DNA of 64,000 nt from Candidatus Bathyarchaeota archaeon (GCA_963717465.1 OY970340.1:1536001-1600000); one strand, 5' to 3'; shown: positions 1-9,808, numbered from the stretch's first letter. The notes: generated from the letters alone by a model not told the origin. Translations and numbers: made by a program.

Positions 1-23
1 ATAGGAAAAGAATTTACTTAAAA

Positions 24-139
24 CACTCTCTGGGATGACTGCTCTGGGAAAAACTCTGAGAGTGAGTATCCAAAGAAATGGGAATAACTCAATGACCTGA
101 CTACTGTCTTGTTGAGTTCCATTTCGAAAGAGACACTGA
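24..139 (+). ncRNA. candidate structured RNA (K-turn / C/D-like) in the tRNA-Ile leader
   Basis: GGATGA at 33-38, CTGA at 56-59 and 136-139; CACTCTC/GAGAGTG pairing (24-30/58-64); long hairpin about 75-125. Confidence 0.3.
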
Positions 140-217
140 GGGCCGGTAGCTCAGCACGGCTGGAGCGTTCGACTGATAATCGAAAGGTCGCCGGTTCAAA
201 TCCGGCTCGGCCCACCA
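140..217 (+). tRNA. tRNA-Ile(GAT), CCA encoded
   Basis: Acceptor stem GGGCCGG pairs with TCGGCCC; anticodon arm TTCGA-CT-GAT-AA-TCGAA; T-arm GGTTCAAATCC; ends ACCA. Confidence 0.97.
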
Positions 218-298
218 GTAAGCGGCTGAACGTTTTTTTAAAGCTAAAATCTTATTAAGATTAAATCTTATTAGTTGACCTGAAAGGGGAAGAAAAAA

Positions 299-667
299 GT
301 GGCAAAAGAAGATGAAATGCTACAGGAACTAAGAAAGATCAGAGAAGCACTTGAAAAACCGCCAGCGCCTGCGCCGCCAAAAGGTTTCTCGAACGAGTTT
401 AAGGATTTTCTTTCGAAGTACAAGATTTTCGGGCTTGCAATTGCGTTTGTCATCGGTTTGTACGTTGGAGCCTTAGTCAGCGCGTTAGTCAAAGATTTGC
501 TGGTGCCAGCGATTGGTCTTTTAATTCCAGGCATGAGCAATTTATCGCAGTTCACGTTTGGGCCATTCGGAATCGGCGATTTCCTGAACGCCTTAATAAC
601 GTTCCTATTCGTTGCTCTATTTGTCTTTGTGCTGGTGAAAGTTGCGAAACGTTGGGGCATCGAGTAA
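299..667 (+). CDS. mscL: large-conductance mechanosensitive channel MscL family protein
   Basis: EFKDFL...GLAIAFVIG...LVSALVKDLLVP and GDFLNALITFL motifs; two TM segments. Confidence 0.9.
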   Translation: MAKEDEMLQELRKIREALEKPPAPAPPKGFSNEFKDFLSKYKIFGLAIAFVIGLYVGALVSALVKDLLVPAIGLLIPGMSNLSQFTFGPFGIGDFLNALITFLFVALFVFVLVKVAKRWGIE

Positions 668-765
668 TCGCAACGACTAACGCAGCGACTAGCCAACCAA
701 CTCTTTTTTTTCTTTTTAGTCCATTTTGGTGCAGATACTATCGTTGATTGTCGGCATTATTCATT
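507..765. repeat. copy 1 of diverged direct repeat (mscL 3' half plus downstream region)
   Basis: Aligns by eye with about 4822-5066. Confidence 0.85.
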
Positions 766-896
766 TTAAGAGGTTAAGCTAAAACGGTCTTACCTAACAG
801 AGAAGAGGTCCCAAAAAAATAAGTTTAATCGTTAACTGATATTCCTGATTATGTAAGACGTTAGTTTTAAATGGTGACAAGCATGATTAAAGAACG

Positions 897-1148
897 GTGT
901 ATTTCTTGAAGAAGGATGAAGCGGTGGCTTGCCTAAAGGAAATTCTGCTTAAATGCCAATTTTCAGCTAATTTTTACACCATAACTAGCCCTGAGAACAA
1001 CATAATTTTAAAAACCGTTCTAGACGAGGCATGTCAAATAGAAATTGATAAGATCATTCAAAAATACGTTTTAGCCATAGATAGAAAGAACGGTTATTAC
1101 TTAATTTTCGAGCCTGAAACGGGATCAGTGAAAAAATACCAAACATAA
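897..1148 (+). CDS. small hypothetical protein
   Basis: 83-aa ORF, no recognised motif. Confidence 0.45.
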   Translation: MYFLKKDEAVACLKEILLKCQFSANFYTITSPENNIILKTVLDEACQIEIDKIIQKYVLAIDRKNGYYLIFEPETGSVKKYQT

Positions 1149-1273
1149 TTTGCTACTTTAAAAGGGGTTCCACATTCATCACAAGTGTAAGTTGCTATGT
1201 TAAACACTGTATTTTTTAATTCTTTGTCAGGCGGTTTGTTGAGCTTCTTTCCGCATTTAGGGCAACTGAGCAT
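1097..1273 (-). CDS. 58-aa CPxCG-type zinc-ribbon microprotein (below ORF-track cutoff)
   Basis: Hand translation MLSCPKCGKKLNKPPDKELKNTVFNIATYTCDECGTPFKVA...; two CxxC pairs. Confidence 0.6.
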   Translation of the reverse strand: MLSCPKCGKKLNKPPDKELKNTVFNIATYTCDECGTPFKVANYVWYFFTDPVSGSKIK

Positions 1274-1627
1274 TAAGGGCTACCTTAGTACATTAATTAC
1301 CGCTTAATGATGCATATTTACAATAAATATGTATGTTGTCACATTATTGAGACAATTATTGATGATAATGATTCATAATTCATCTTCTCTATATGTGGGA
1401 GTTTATCCCATTCTGTAAATTGTTTTGGCAGGCAAACTTTGGCCTCATGGCTTTTGACGCAATTATAGTTCTCATTGTTGAAGGCTGGGAAATATAGACA
1501 GTGCGCACACTCTTACTCTTAATATGAAACTATATGTCGATAGTTACCGCGTAAACGGGAATGACGATAAATTAACAGAACCCACAATCGACCTCATCAT
1601 AGAATCCTAAGGCTCAACACTCTACAG

Positions 1628-3958
1628 CTAGGAACTATTTTTGCTTTCCATCAAAGTGTAATAAAAGGAAGCTACAAAATTCAAATCTCTATCGTCTTTT
1701 AATTCGAGTTTAGGTTCAACCGGCAAAGTAACTGTGAAGGTTGTACCGTTGCCTTCGGAAGTCTCTACGTCAATTTTTCCACCATGAGCGTCAACTATGC
1801 GTTTGCATATGGCTAAGCCAAAACCCATACCCTGCGCCTTAGTCGTAAATAACGGCAAAAAGAGCTTTGGCAATATCTCTTTTGGAATACCTATACCTGT
1901 ATCAGCGAAAGAAACTTGCACATTATCCTTGTCTCTTTTGCTGGTAATCGTCAATTTGCCTCCATTTGGCATAGCATCAAACGCATTCTTAGCAAGATTA
2001 GTAAATACTCTTTTTACTTTAACACAATCCACACGTAAGCTTAGTTCTTCAGGAAGATGATTTAAAACTCTTATTTTTTCAGGAACATTTAACATAGCTA
2101 AACTTTCGTCTAATAATTTTTTAAGCGAGGTCTTTTGCTTTTCCAACTGTATTTCTCTGGAATAATCTAGTAGATCCCTTATAATTTTGTCAGAATGATC
2201 AATACAACTGTTAATTGTTTGAAGCATTTCCATAGTCTGCTTTTCTTTGCCTGCTAAGGTATCGACGTTTCTATTCAAATAGTAAACGGCGCTTTTAATT
2301 CCAGTCAAAGGGTTACGCAGATCATGACCAATCATTCCTGCAAGTTCACCTATCGCTGCTAATCTCTCAGACTTTAAAAGTTTAGCCTGCGTTTCAGCCA
2401 ACTGCATTGTTCTTTGCTTAACCAGTTCCTCAAGACCTTTAGAATAAGTCTCAAGCTGATCTTGCATCTTTTTACGCTCAGTTATATCAGATATCACTCC
2501 AAAATTTCCAATTAGTTGTCCCGTGTCATCTGTAATTTCAGAGGTCGCAACACTTGTGTAAACGCGCGATCCATCCTTTCGAGGAAATTCATATTCAAAA
2601 TGTCCAATTTTCACATTCTCTCTTAAAAAGCTATTAAGATTTTCAACGTCTTTCTGGTCTACTAATTCAAATAAGCTTTTTTCCATAATTTCGCTTTCAT
2701 TGTAGCCAAGTATTTGAGCCATGCAATGATTTACGAAAGTTGTTTTGTAATATTTATCGGTCACCCAGATGCCTTCTTGCGCGAGTTCAACTAATTTGCG
2801 AAACCGCAACTCGCTCTTCACAAGGTCATCTTGTATTTTCTTTATCTCAGTTATGTCGTGAAAAAGGCATTGAAGAACTTTCTTACCGGCCAATTCAATT
2901 GTTTTTACTGTTACTACGACATTTCTGATTTCGCCATTTTTTGTGTAATGCTCAGTTTCAAACTCAGCAACTCCATCCATCATTACTTCAGCTTCTTCAA
3001 GTGCTTCTTTTTCTTCTATCTGAGGAATTGTGAGCTTTGAGAATTCTTCTCTTGAATACCCTAGTTGACTATGTGCAACATCATTGAACTCAATAAAGGC
3101 CATTGTTTCTGGATCAATCACCAAGACTCCTAATGGCGCTTCTTCAAATAATGCACGATAACGCGCTTCCGCCTCTTTCAGCGCCTGCTCGTCTTGTCTT
3201 ATTTTGGTGATATCTGTCACTATCCCGAGAATGGCTTGTTGACCCTCGTACTCAATAAGTTTCGCGTTAATCGCAACATCTATTCTTCGTCCATCTTTTG
3301 TAATCTCTTGAACGAAATACGGCGAGGAATCAACGCTACTCATGTGCCTGCGCAAACTATCCTTAGCAAGCTCCCTGTTTTCAGGAGCCATTAAATCTAG
3401 GAAATTAAATTCAGGTGAGTAAAAGTATTCTTTTGAATATCCCAATGATCGCTCGCATTCCTCATTAACATAAATGACTTTTCCATTTTGGAAAATGAAA
3501 ATCATATTCGGGGATTGCTCGGCGAGATTACGAAATTTCTGTTCACTTTCAACCAAGGTTTGCTTGAGCATTTCTTGATGCTTGTTTCGCTCGGTAACAT
3601 CGTGAAAAACTATAAGGTCAAGCAACTCGCCTTGATATTGAACTCGATTCCCATTGGCTTCTAGAAATATTAATTTTCCTTCTTTTGTAGTTATTTTAAT
3701 CTCATATGGCGGGATGTCAACTCCGCTAAGCCTCTTCTCTATATTCTCCCCTAAACCTAAAACTTGCTCTTGATCAAAAAACTTGCTAAAGTGTTGCCCC
3801 ACAAGTTCCTTGCTATCGAAACCAGTGAATTTTCCCGCCATTTTGTTGGCTGCAACAAAAATACCGTTCGCATCTAAAATCACCACGGAATTCGGGATGA
3901 GGTCGATTAAAGTTGAGAAATAATCTCTAAATTCTTTATTTTTGAGGTTGCCCATCAT
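1628..3958 (-). CDS. multi-PAS (about 4) sensor histidine kinase
   Basis: Repeated PAS/PAC ends (DVTER, DITKI, DITEI, DITER); H-box GHDLRNPL; N-box NLAKNAFDAM; G boxes DTGIGI and GMGFGL. Confidence 0.95.
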   Translation of the reverse strand: MMGNLKNKEFRDYFSTLIDLIPNSVVILDANGIFVAANKMAGKFTGFDSKELVGQHFSKFFDQEQVLGLGENIEKRLSGVDIPPYEIKITTKEGKLIFLEANGNRVQYQGELLDLIVFHDVTERNKHQEMLKQTLVESEQKFRNLAEQSPNMIFIFQNGKVIYVNEECERSLGYSKEYFYSPEFNFLDLMAPENRELAKDSLRRHMSSVDSSPYFVQEITKDGRRIDVAINAKLIEYEGQQAILGIVTDITKIRQDEQALKEAEARYRALFEEAPLGVLVIDPETMAFIEFNDVAHSQLGYSREEFSKLTIPQIEEKEALEEAEVMMDGVAEFETEHYTKNGEIRNVVVTVKTIELAGKKVLQCLFHDITEIKKIQDDLVKSELRFRKLVELAQEGIWVTDKYYKTTFVNHCMAQILGYNESEIMEKSLFELVDQKDVENLNSFLRENVKIGHFEYEFPRKDGSRVYTSVATSEITDDTGQLIGNFGVISDITERKKMQDQLETYSKGLEELVKQRTMQLAETQAKLLKSERLAAIGELAGMIGHDLRNPLTGIKSAVYYLNRNVDTLAGKEKQTMEMLQTINSCIDHSDKIIRDLLDYSREIQLEKQKTSLKKLLDESLAMLNVPEKIRVLNHLPEELSLRVDCVKVKRVFTNLAKNAFDAMPNGGKLTITSKRDKDNVQVSFADTGIGIPKEILPKLFLPLFTTKAQGMGFGLAICKRIVDAHGGKIDVETSEGNGTTFTVTLPVEPKLELKDDRDLNFVASFYYTLMESKNSS

Positions 3959-4244
3959 ACTATCACAACTGAAATGTCACTAGACGGCTTTTACAGTGAT
4001 TATTGCTCAAATCTATCTCGCCTGCACAAGCTTTCCATCAAACCATTATTTCTCTTTCTTAAGTATAGCTTGACTCGAAAGAAATTAAATGTCTTTTGAA
4101 TTTCAGATACTGACCTTTAATTAATGAAATTAGTCATCTTTCTAAGTCTCTTTTCCGAAATTCTTTCATGACCCTTGTAGATATAATTTTTTTCTGGATT
4201 TCTTGTAGGTAGCAGAAAATAAATCCCTACTGGGAAGCAAGGGT

Positions 4245-4538
4245 TTAGTAAGGAACCAAAACTTGGTTTCTTGCTTCTTCAACCATTGGAAGAATTTGTC
4301 TTAGTTCTCTAAATTGCTTTAGCACGGTAATGCCACGTTGTGTTACAGCATAAACTACTCTAGATTTGCCCACAACTCGCTCTTCAACAAGACCTTGTTT
4401 TAGCAGAAAATCAAGATATTCTTTGAGTACACTGCAGTTTACGTTTGCTTTGTACATTACATGAGTTAGCTTTAACGGTCCTCGATGAGCCAATACCTTT
4501 AATACATCAATATAAATTTCGAGTTTTGACCTATGCAT
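4245..4538 (-). CDS. winged-helix transcriptional regulator (archaeal HTH_45-like)
   Basis: RSKLEIYIDVL...THVMYKANVN...YAVTQRG pattern. Confidence 0.85.
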   Translation of the reverse strand: MHRSKLEIYIDVLKVLAHRGPLKLTHVMYKANVNCSVLKEYLDFLLKQGLVEERVVGKSRVVYAVTQRGITVLKQFRELRQILPMVEEARNQVLVPY

Positions 4539-4811
4539 CCTTTTTAGCCTCTTATTATAGAACTCCTATTTTATTATAAAGATTTGTGGCGTTATAATCA
4601 ATATTTTTTCCATTATTAAGGACGTTGTAACCAGTGCCAGAACTATATTAAGAAATAGCCTGTAGAGTCACATCAAAACTGCTTTTTTGCTTGTGAAATT
4701 TCCCAAGTTGTAAATTTATACTTGAATAAGTTATTTATACGTTTAAGAGTTAAAAATAAGCCGCTTAAGCTTAGCGATTAAGGCTCTTTAAGCGCTAAAT
4801 CGCTTACTCGT

Positions 4812-4982
4812 ATGCACCTTTCAGTTATTGGTTTTTTGATTCCAGGCATGAGTAATTTGTCGTCGTTCGTGTTAGGGCCATTTGGAATCCGCGACTTCTT
4901 GAACGCCTTTATAACATTCCTATTCGTTGCGTTATTTGTCTTCGTGCTAGTGAAGGTTGCGAAGCGCTGGGACATAGAATAA
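4812..4982 (+). pseudogene. mscL: 5'-truncated second mscL copy (loop plus TM2 only); repeat copy 2 extends to about 5066
   Basis: Translates ...VIGFLIPGMSNLSSFVLGPFGIRDFLNAFITFLFVALFVFVLVKVAKRWDIE*, near-identical to the C-terminus of 299-667. Confidence 0.8.
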
Positions 4983-5237
4983 GTAAGCGGCTAACAATCC
5001 AACTCTCTTTTTTCTTATAGATCGGTTTCGGCACAGGCGTTACTGTTGTTTGATTTCATTGTTTACCAATTGTTGTTATTTGTATCATTTTATAGACCAT
5101 TCGTGTATTCAGATTTTTCGAATAAAAAGAATTAAAAACTTTGAAGTTAGGAATCTAAAAATAAGCTTCCTATTAAGGATTCTAAGTTCATAAATGATTT
5201 ATAAAAAAATTGACCATTCCAATTCAGATGGCAATAC

Positions 5238-5579
5238 ATGAACAGGTCTAAGCTAGAGTTCTATGAGGACATCATGCAGGCCTTGGCGAAAAGGCCCTTA
5301 AGTATCGAGCGAATAGCCTTCACCTGCAACATGGACTGCGTTAATTTGCGTCAAAGAATAAACTTTCTAATAAAGAACGACATTGTGCAAGAAAGGATGT
5401 ACGGAAAAAAACCACTTTATGCCCTAACTGCAAGGGGATTAGCAATCTTTAATACCCTTAACCTGACGCATCAGTTGGAAAAGCTTCAGACAACAGCTGA
5501 TGAATTTGACCAGAAAATCACTGTTCCATCTTTCTCAGAAATCAAGGAACAAAAGAAAAAGAAATCCGAAAAATATTAA
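5238..5579 (+). CDS. winged-helix transcriptional regulator, paralog of 4245-4538
   Basis: MNRSKLEFYEDI...YALTARG. Confidence 0.8.
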   Translation: MNRSKLEFYEDIMQALAKRPLSIERIAFTCNMDCVNLRQRINFLIKNDIVQERMYGKKPLYALTARGLAIFNTLNLTHQLEKLQTTADEFDQKITVPSFSEIKEQKKKKSEKY

Positions 5580-5611
5580 CCAAACCAAAAGTTTCTTCTT
5601 TACGAAAAATT

Positions 5612-6616
5612 ATGATAGCTTTCTCTCCAGAAACGGTATGGAATGCTAACGAAAAAGAACTCTTATCAATGCTAGACCAAAATGGGTTTGTAAGCAAGCG
5701 TAAGGAAATTCGATTTTATGCCCCAAGTTTTACTTATTACAAAACAAGGTTTTATTGTTCGTCGCCTGTTGATTTTCCAACAATTTCAGTAACAGGAAAT
5801 GGCTGCTCGCTTAACTGTAAGCATTGCGGAGGCAAAGTGCTTGAAACAATGCATCCAGCCAACACGCCTCAAGAACTCTATAATTTAGCAATAAAACTTA
5901 AGAAAGATGGTGCTTCTGGCTGCTTAATTAGCGGCGGATGCTTACCTAACGGTTCCGTGCCGCTTGATAAGTTCATTCCAACAATAAAAAGAATCAAGCA
6001 TGAATTAGACCTTACAATTTTTGTTCACACAGGAATAATCGACCAGCAAACCGCTTTTTCACTAAAAGACGCAGGCGTTGATGCAGCTTTAATTGACATC
6101 ATCGGCTCAGAAGAAACAATACGTAAAATTTACAACCTCAAGATAACCGTAAAAAATTACGCTGATTCGCTAAAAGCATTGCACAGGGCGAAATTGAATT
6201 TAATACCTCACATTATCGTCGGTTTGAATGATGGCAAATTAGACGGTGAATTCAAAGCGCTCCAAATAACTTCAACTGTTAAGCCTAATGCTCTAGTCAT
6301 AATTGCTTTCATGCCTATTCACGGCACTGAGATGGCTCAAACCAAACCGCCAACACCAAACGACATCGCAAGAGTAACGGCGACGGCGCGACTAATGTTT
6401 CCTAAAACGCCAATGGTTCTCGGATGTATGAGGCCAAAAGGCAAATTGCGTGCAGAAACTGATATTTTAGCATTAAAGGCTGGGGTTGATGCTATAGCGT
6501 TTCCCAGTGAAGAAGCGATACAATATGCGCAAAGCAGGGGTTATGAAATTTCTTTTTCTTCTTATTGTTGTGCCCAAATTTATTTGGATGCAGCTTTTCG
6601 AAGGCCTTCGAAGTAA
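5612..6616 (+). CDS. radical SAM protein, LipS1-like archaeal lipoate synthase component
   Basis: CxxxCxxC (CSLNCKHC), GCMR motif and C-terminal CC, as described for LipS1-type proteins. Confidence 0.7.
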   Translation: MIAFSPETVWNANEKELLSMLDQNGFVSKRKEIRFYAPSFTYYKTRFYCSSPVDFPTISVTGNGCSLNCKHCGGKVLETMHPANTPQELYNLAIKLKKDGASGCLISGGCLPNGSVPLDKFIPTIKRIKHELDLTIFVHTGIIDQQTAFSLKDAGVDAALIDIIGSEETIRKIYNLKITVKNYADSLKALHRAKLNLIPHIIVGLNDGKLDGEFKALQITSTVKPNALVIIAFMPIHGTEMAQTKPPTPNDIARVTATARLMFPKTPMVLGCMRPKGKLRAETDILALKAGVDAIAFPSEEAIQYAQSRGYEISFSSYCCAQIYLDAAFRRPSK

Positions 6617-6639
6617 AAACATTGTGAAAGAGTTTTAGC

Positions 6640-7242
6640 TTAACTTTTTGCTTTTTTAATCATTAGGTAGCCGAGCACAAATGTCCAAATTGAACCAGCC
6701 AGTCCTGATATGAATTCTGGGATGGCAACTTTTGGAGCAAATTCAATTGTGAAATATAGTACCCATATTAAGGATGCAATTAACGCTAAAATCAACGTGA
6801 ATACCACTAGTTTATTTTGATGTTTGAAAGCGAAAGCGGCCATGTTGACTATGAGTGCAATTCCAAGTAATGAGAAGAAAGCTACAGACACGATATAGTG
6901 TGTGGGTGAAAAGTGTTCGTTAAAAACTCCAATGGCAATCAAAGCTAAACTTGTTAAAGCGAAGAATACTGAACCGACGCGTCCGATAATGTTTTCTTTG
7001 AAGTAGAAAAATAAGCCTAAACCGAAGATGAATGCGAAGATACCTGCTAAAACCAGGCCTGTGTTGAATAGTATTGAAGTGGCCCCGGGAACAACTCCTA
7101 AGTCGCTTAGTGCATTATTTTGCCAACCGAACTGTGGATAAAAAGCGATTGCTAACAGAATAAACGTGAATGCTACAAAGGGTATGCATAAACCGAAAAA
7201 TCCTGATATTTTAAGAATTGTAGAATCTCTTTTCGTTTGCAA
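6640..7242 (-). CDS. DUF998-like membrane protein
   Basis: NALSDLG motif, GVF...H, multiple TM helices. Confidence 0.75.
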   Translation of the reverse strand: MQTKRDSTILKISGFFGLCIPFVAFTFILLAIAFYPQFGWQNNALSDLGVVPGATSILFNTGLVLAGIFAFIFGLGLFFYFKENIIGRVGSVFFALTSLALIAIGVFNEHFSPTHYIVSVAFFSLLGIALIVNMAAFAFKHQNKLVVFTLILALIASLIWVLYFTIEFAPKVAIPEFISGLAGSIWTFVLGYLMIKKAKS

Positions 7243-7279
7243 GGTTCTTACCCTAACTTACAACTGCTTGTTTTCTTGT

Positions 7280-8419
7280 TTAAAAGTTTGCGTCTGCTGG
7301 AACATATCTTCTAAGCCCTTGGAGAGAACGTAGTTTTTCTTTTTCGCCGATTTTTGCGGCTTGCACTGCTTGCTTGAGAACTTGTATTGATTCGTCCATT
7401 GCTTTTCGGTCGACTGGGTATGGTACGCCGTCTTTTCCGCCGAAGGCGAAACTGAATTTTACGGGGTCTTCCCAGCTTGGTTGTTCGCCGTAAATGAGTT
7501 CTGCTACGAGTGCTAATCCTCGAACTGTTGCTGGTCCGACGCCTTTTACGCTTAATAATTCTTCGTAATTTTTGGGTTGAAACTCGTAAACTCTGCTGAG
7601 CGTGTCCCAGTTAATGTTTCTTGGCATGTTAAGAACGCCGACGGTTCGCCGCAGTGAATCCCCGCTTGGAAGCCATTCTTGAAGTGATTTTTGATTTGCA
7701 GGCTTAATTGCAGATTCAATTAGCCTCATTATTCTGTTCGGTGGCTCCTTAGCTAAATCCACTGATGCTTTTCTTGTGCCCTCACTTGTTTTCGCAACCA
7801 TATTCAGAGCTTTCTCGCGTTTCACGTCGCCAACGATAGCATTATGAGGTTCAACCACAAAATCTCTTGTGCTGTCTGAAAGCCAATGATAGCGTCGTGC
7901 AGTTCGATCTTGATTGCTCATGCCCTGCTGGATAACTGCCCACTTCTCATCTTTTGTAATCAGGAAAGCGTGATGGTAAAGTTGGTAGCCTGCTTGAATA
8001 GCCGTATTATCCACCTTAGCCGTCATTCTGCTCGTGTAAGTGAGTTTGTTGGCGGTTTCTTCTGAAAAATGGAATTTTTCGGCTGCGACTGTTATTTCGT
8101 TTGGCGTTTTTCTGGATGTTTTGCCTTTGCCGCCGCAAACAATTATACCGTGTTCTGTTGGTGAGAGTGCTCCTTTAAGGATACCAGTAACTACTGTAGT
8201 TACGCCTGAACTGTGCCAGTCATAAGCTAAAACGCATCCGAACGCTTGAAACCAATAAGGGTCCGATAGGCGCTGGATGAATTTGCTTGTGCCTTGCTCC
8301 TCAATGATTATGTCTGCTACTTCTTTGGCTAATTTGCGCATTCGAATTGTAAGCCATGCTGGGGCTTTTCCTCCATGAAGCGGGAGGTCAGCAATACCTG
8401 TTCTTGACATTGTTTTCAT
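7280..8419 (-). CDS. DUF763 family protein
   Basis: ADLPLHGGKAPAWL, DWHSSGVTT, FAFGGKDGVPYPVD motifs. Confidence 0.9.
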   Translation of the reverse strand: MKTMSRTGIADLPLHGGKAPAWLTIRMRKLAKEVADIIIEEQGTSKFIQRLSDPYWFQAFGCVLAYDWHSSGVTTVVTGILKGALSPTEHGIIVCGGKGKTSRKTPNEITVAAEKFHFSEETANKLTYTSRMTAKVDNTAIQAGYQLYHHAFLITKDEKWAVIQQGMSNQDRTARRYHWLSDSTRDFVVEPHNAIVGDVKREKALNMVAKTSEGTRKASVDLAKEPPNRIMRLIESAIKPANQKSLQEWLPSGDSLRRTVGVLNMPRNINWDTLSRVYEFQPKNYEELLSVKGVGPATVRGLALVAELIYGEQPSWEDPVKFSFAFGGKDGVPYPVDRKAMDESIQVLKQAVQAAKIGEKEKLRSLQGLRRYVPADANF

Positions 8420-8703
8420 TTTTCTTGATGGCTAAAGGTATATTTTGATATTTTGATCTTTTTAACAGCATTAATACAAAAATCCTTTGAACCTGATGGA
8501 TGCTTGCAATATGCGGAAATAAATTGATTAAAGCCGTATGGGATTAAATTTTAATAGCGTGTTCGATTTGAAGAGAGATGTGGAGTAGGCAAGCAAACGA
8601 ATGGAATTGGAGATTTGGCAATTTTAGCATCTGACTATTAAAAAGTCGCGCCGCTACAGGCAGTCTTGATTTGGCTAATACTGCTCGTGTTATGTGATGA
8701 ACA

Positions 8704-8940
8704 TTACCTTAAACAATAATAGCCTTGTTCCAAGTTGAATTTGTCAAAGTTTATGCAACTGCTGCATATGCAATTTTCTTGAATTTTCCTGTTCAAGAGA
8801 TCCTTAAAATCAAATACCGCTTCTTTTGCCTTGCCTTTGGCGCAATAGAAATTGCTACTAAATTGGTTTTTCTTGAATGTTGGGCATTTTTGACAAATGC
8901 AATGGTTCATGTTTTCAATTGTATCTGGCACTGTAACCAT
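8704..8940 (-). CDS. small Cys-rich protein (DUF2769-like)
   Basis: CICQKCPT...YCAKGK...CICSSC...YYC; upstream GGAGGTG SD. Confidence 0.75.
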   Translation of the reverse strand: MVTVPDTIENMNHCICQKCPTFKKNQFSSNFYCAKGKAKEAVFDFKDLLNRKIQENCICSSCINFDKFNLEQGYYCLR

Positions 8941-8999
8941 TCATTCATTCACCTCCTATAAAAAATGTCAAACTATTCTGGGTTCTCTGTTGAATTGAC

Positions 9000-9332
9000 T
9001 TATGTTTTTAAACCCTTGATTAGAACGTGATTATTTTCTGTTTGAACTTCAAATTTTGGTTCAGGCTCGCTGGCTGGTCCAGAGACTTTAATACCTGTTT
9101 TTACGTTGAACGATGAGTTATGACAAGGGCACGTTACGTTTTCTCTATCAAGTGTTCCTCTTGAAAGCAAACAGCCCATGTGAGTGCACACATTTCCTAT
9201 AGCAAAAAATTCTCCATTTATGTTAGCGACAAGGACTTTATTATTCTCCACTGCAAAGCCCTTCATTTTACCAGGCTTTATCTCCTCCGTTGTACATAAG
9301 TTAACAAATGGCAACTTGAAAAATACCTCCAA
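9000..9332 (-). CDS. Rieske [2Fe-2S] ferredoxin
   Basis: CTH...CPCH Rieske ligand motifs. Confidence 0.9.
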   Translation of the reverse strand: MEVFFKLPFVNLCTTEEIKPGKMKGFAVENNKVLVANINGEFFAIGNVCTHMGCLLSRGTLDRENVTCPCHNSSFNVKTGIKVSGPASEPEPKFEVQTENNHVLIKGLKT

Positions 9333-9637
9333 GACTAAAACGTAGTGTTGGTTTGAATTAACCTAATTTTAATCCGAGCGAAAATAAAATTACCTGTTAG
9401 GTATGAAAGGGTCTTTTCACTTTGACTAAACGTCAACTCAACCAACTTTTTAACCAACTTTATGCTTTGCGCTTGTCAAAGTTATTTGGCTAATACTCTC
9501 TTATGATTATGTGACTGTATGATAGCAACAACATAGGGCTTAATATTACAACAACATTAGTCCTTACCTAACTGTAATACTAAGCGCACGCTATGACAAA
9601 GCGGAAAAAGCGCTGAAAATTGAGGGGATGAGTGTAA

Positions 9638-9808
9638 ATGAAAAATGTGGAGATAGCAAAAGTTCTTTCCTTGTGTGATGAACTACATCTAGTTATTCTG
9701 GAAACTGAAGAGAGAAATGAGAAAAGCGTCTCTATGTCTAGGGAACAAGTCAAGGATATTATGAAAAACCAAGTAGCTAAACCTCTGTTTATCTTGCGAG
9801 CTGAATAA
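9638..9808 (+). CDS. possible 56-aa hypothetical protein
   Basis: Hand-translated ORF MKNVEIAKVLSLCDELHL... with upstream GAGGGG; more plausible than the antisense 9580-9879 ORF. Confidence 0.3.
   Translation: MKNVEIAKVLSLCDELHLVILETEERNEKSVSMSREQVKDIMKNQVAKPLFILRAE

Noticed and set aside
18..215. ORFs overlapping tRNAs (18-215, 17632-17877, 44606-44860)
   Set aside because: Translations of tRNA sequence or its antisense.
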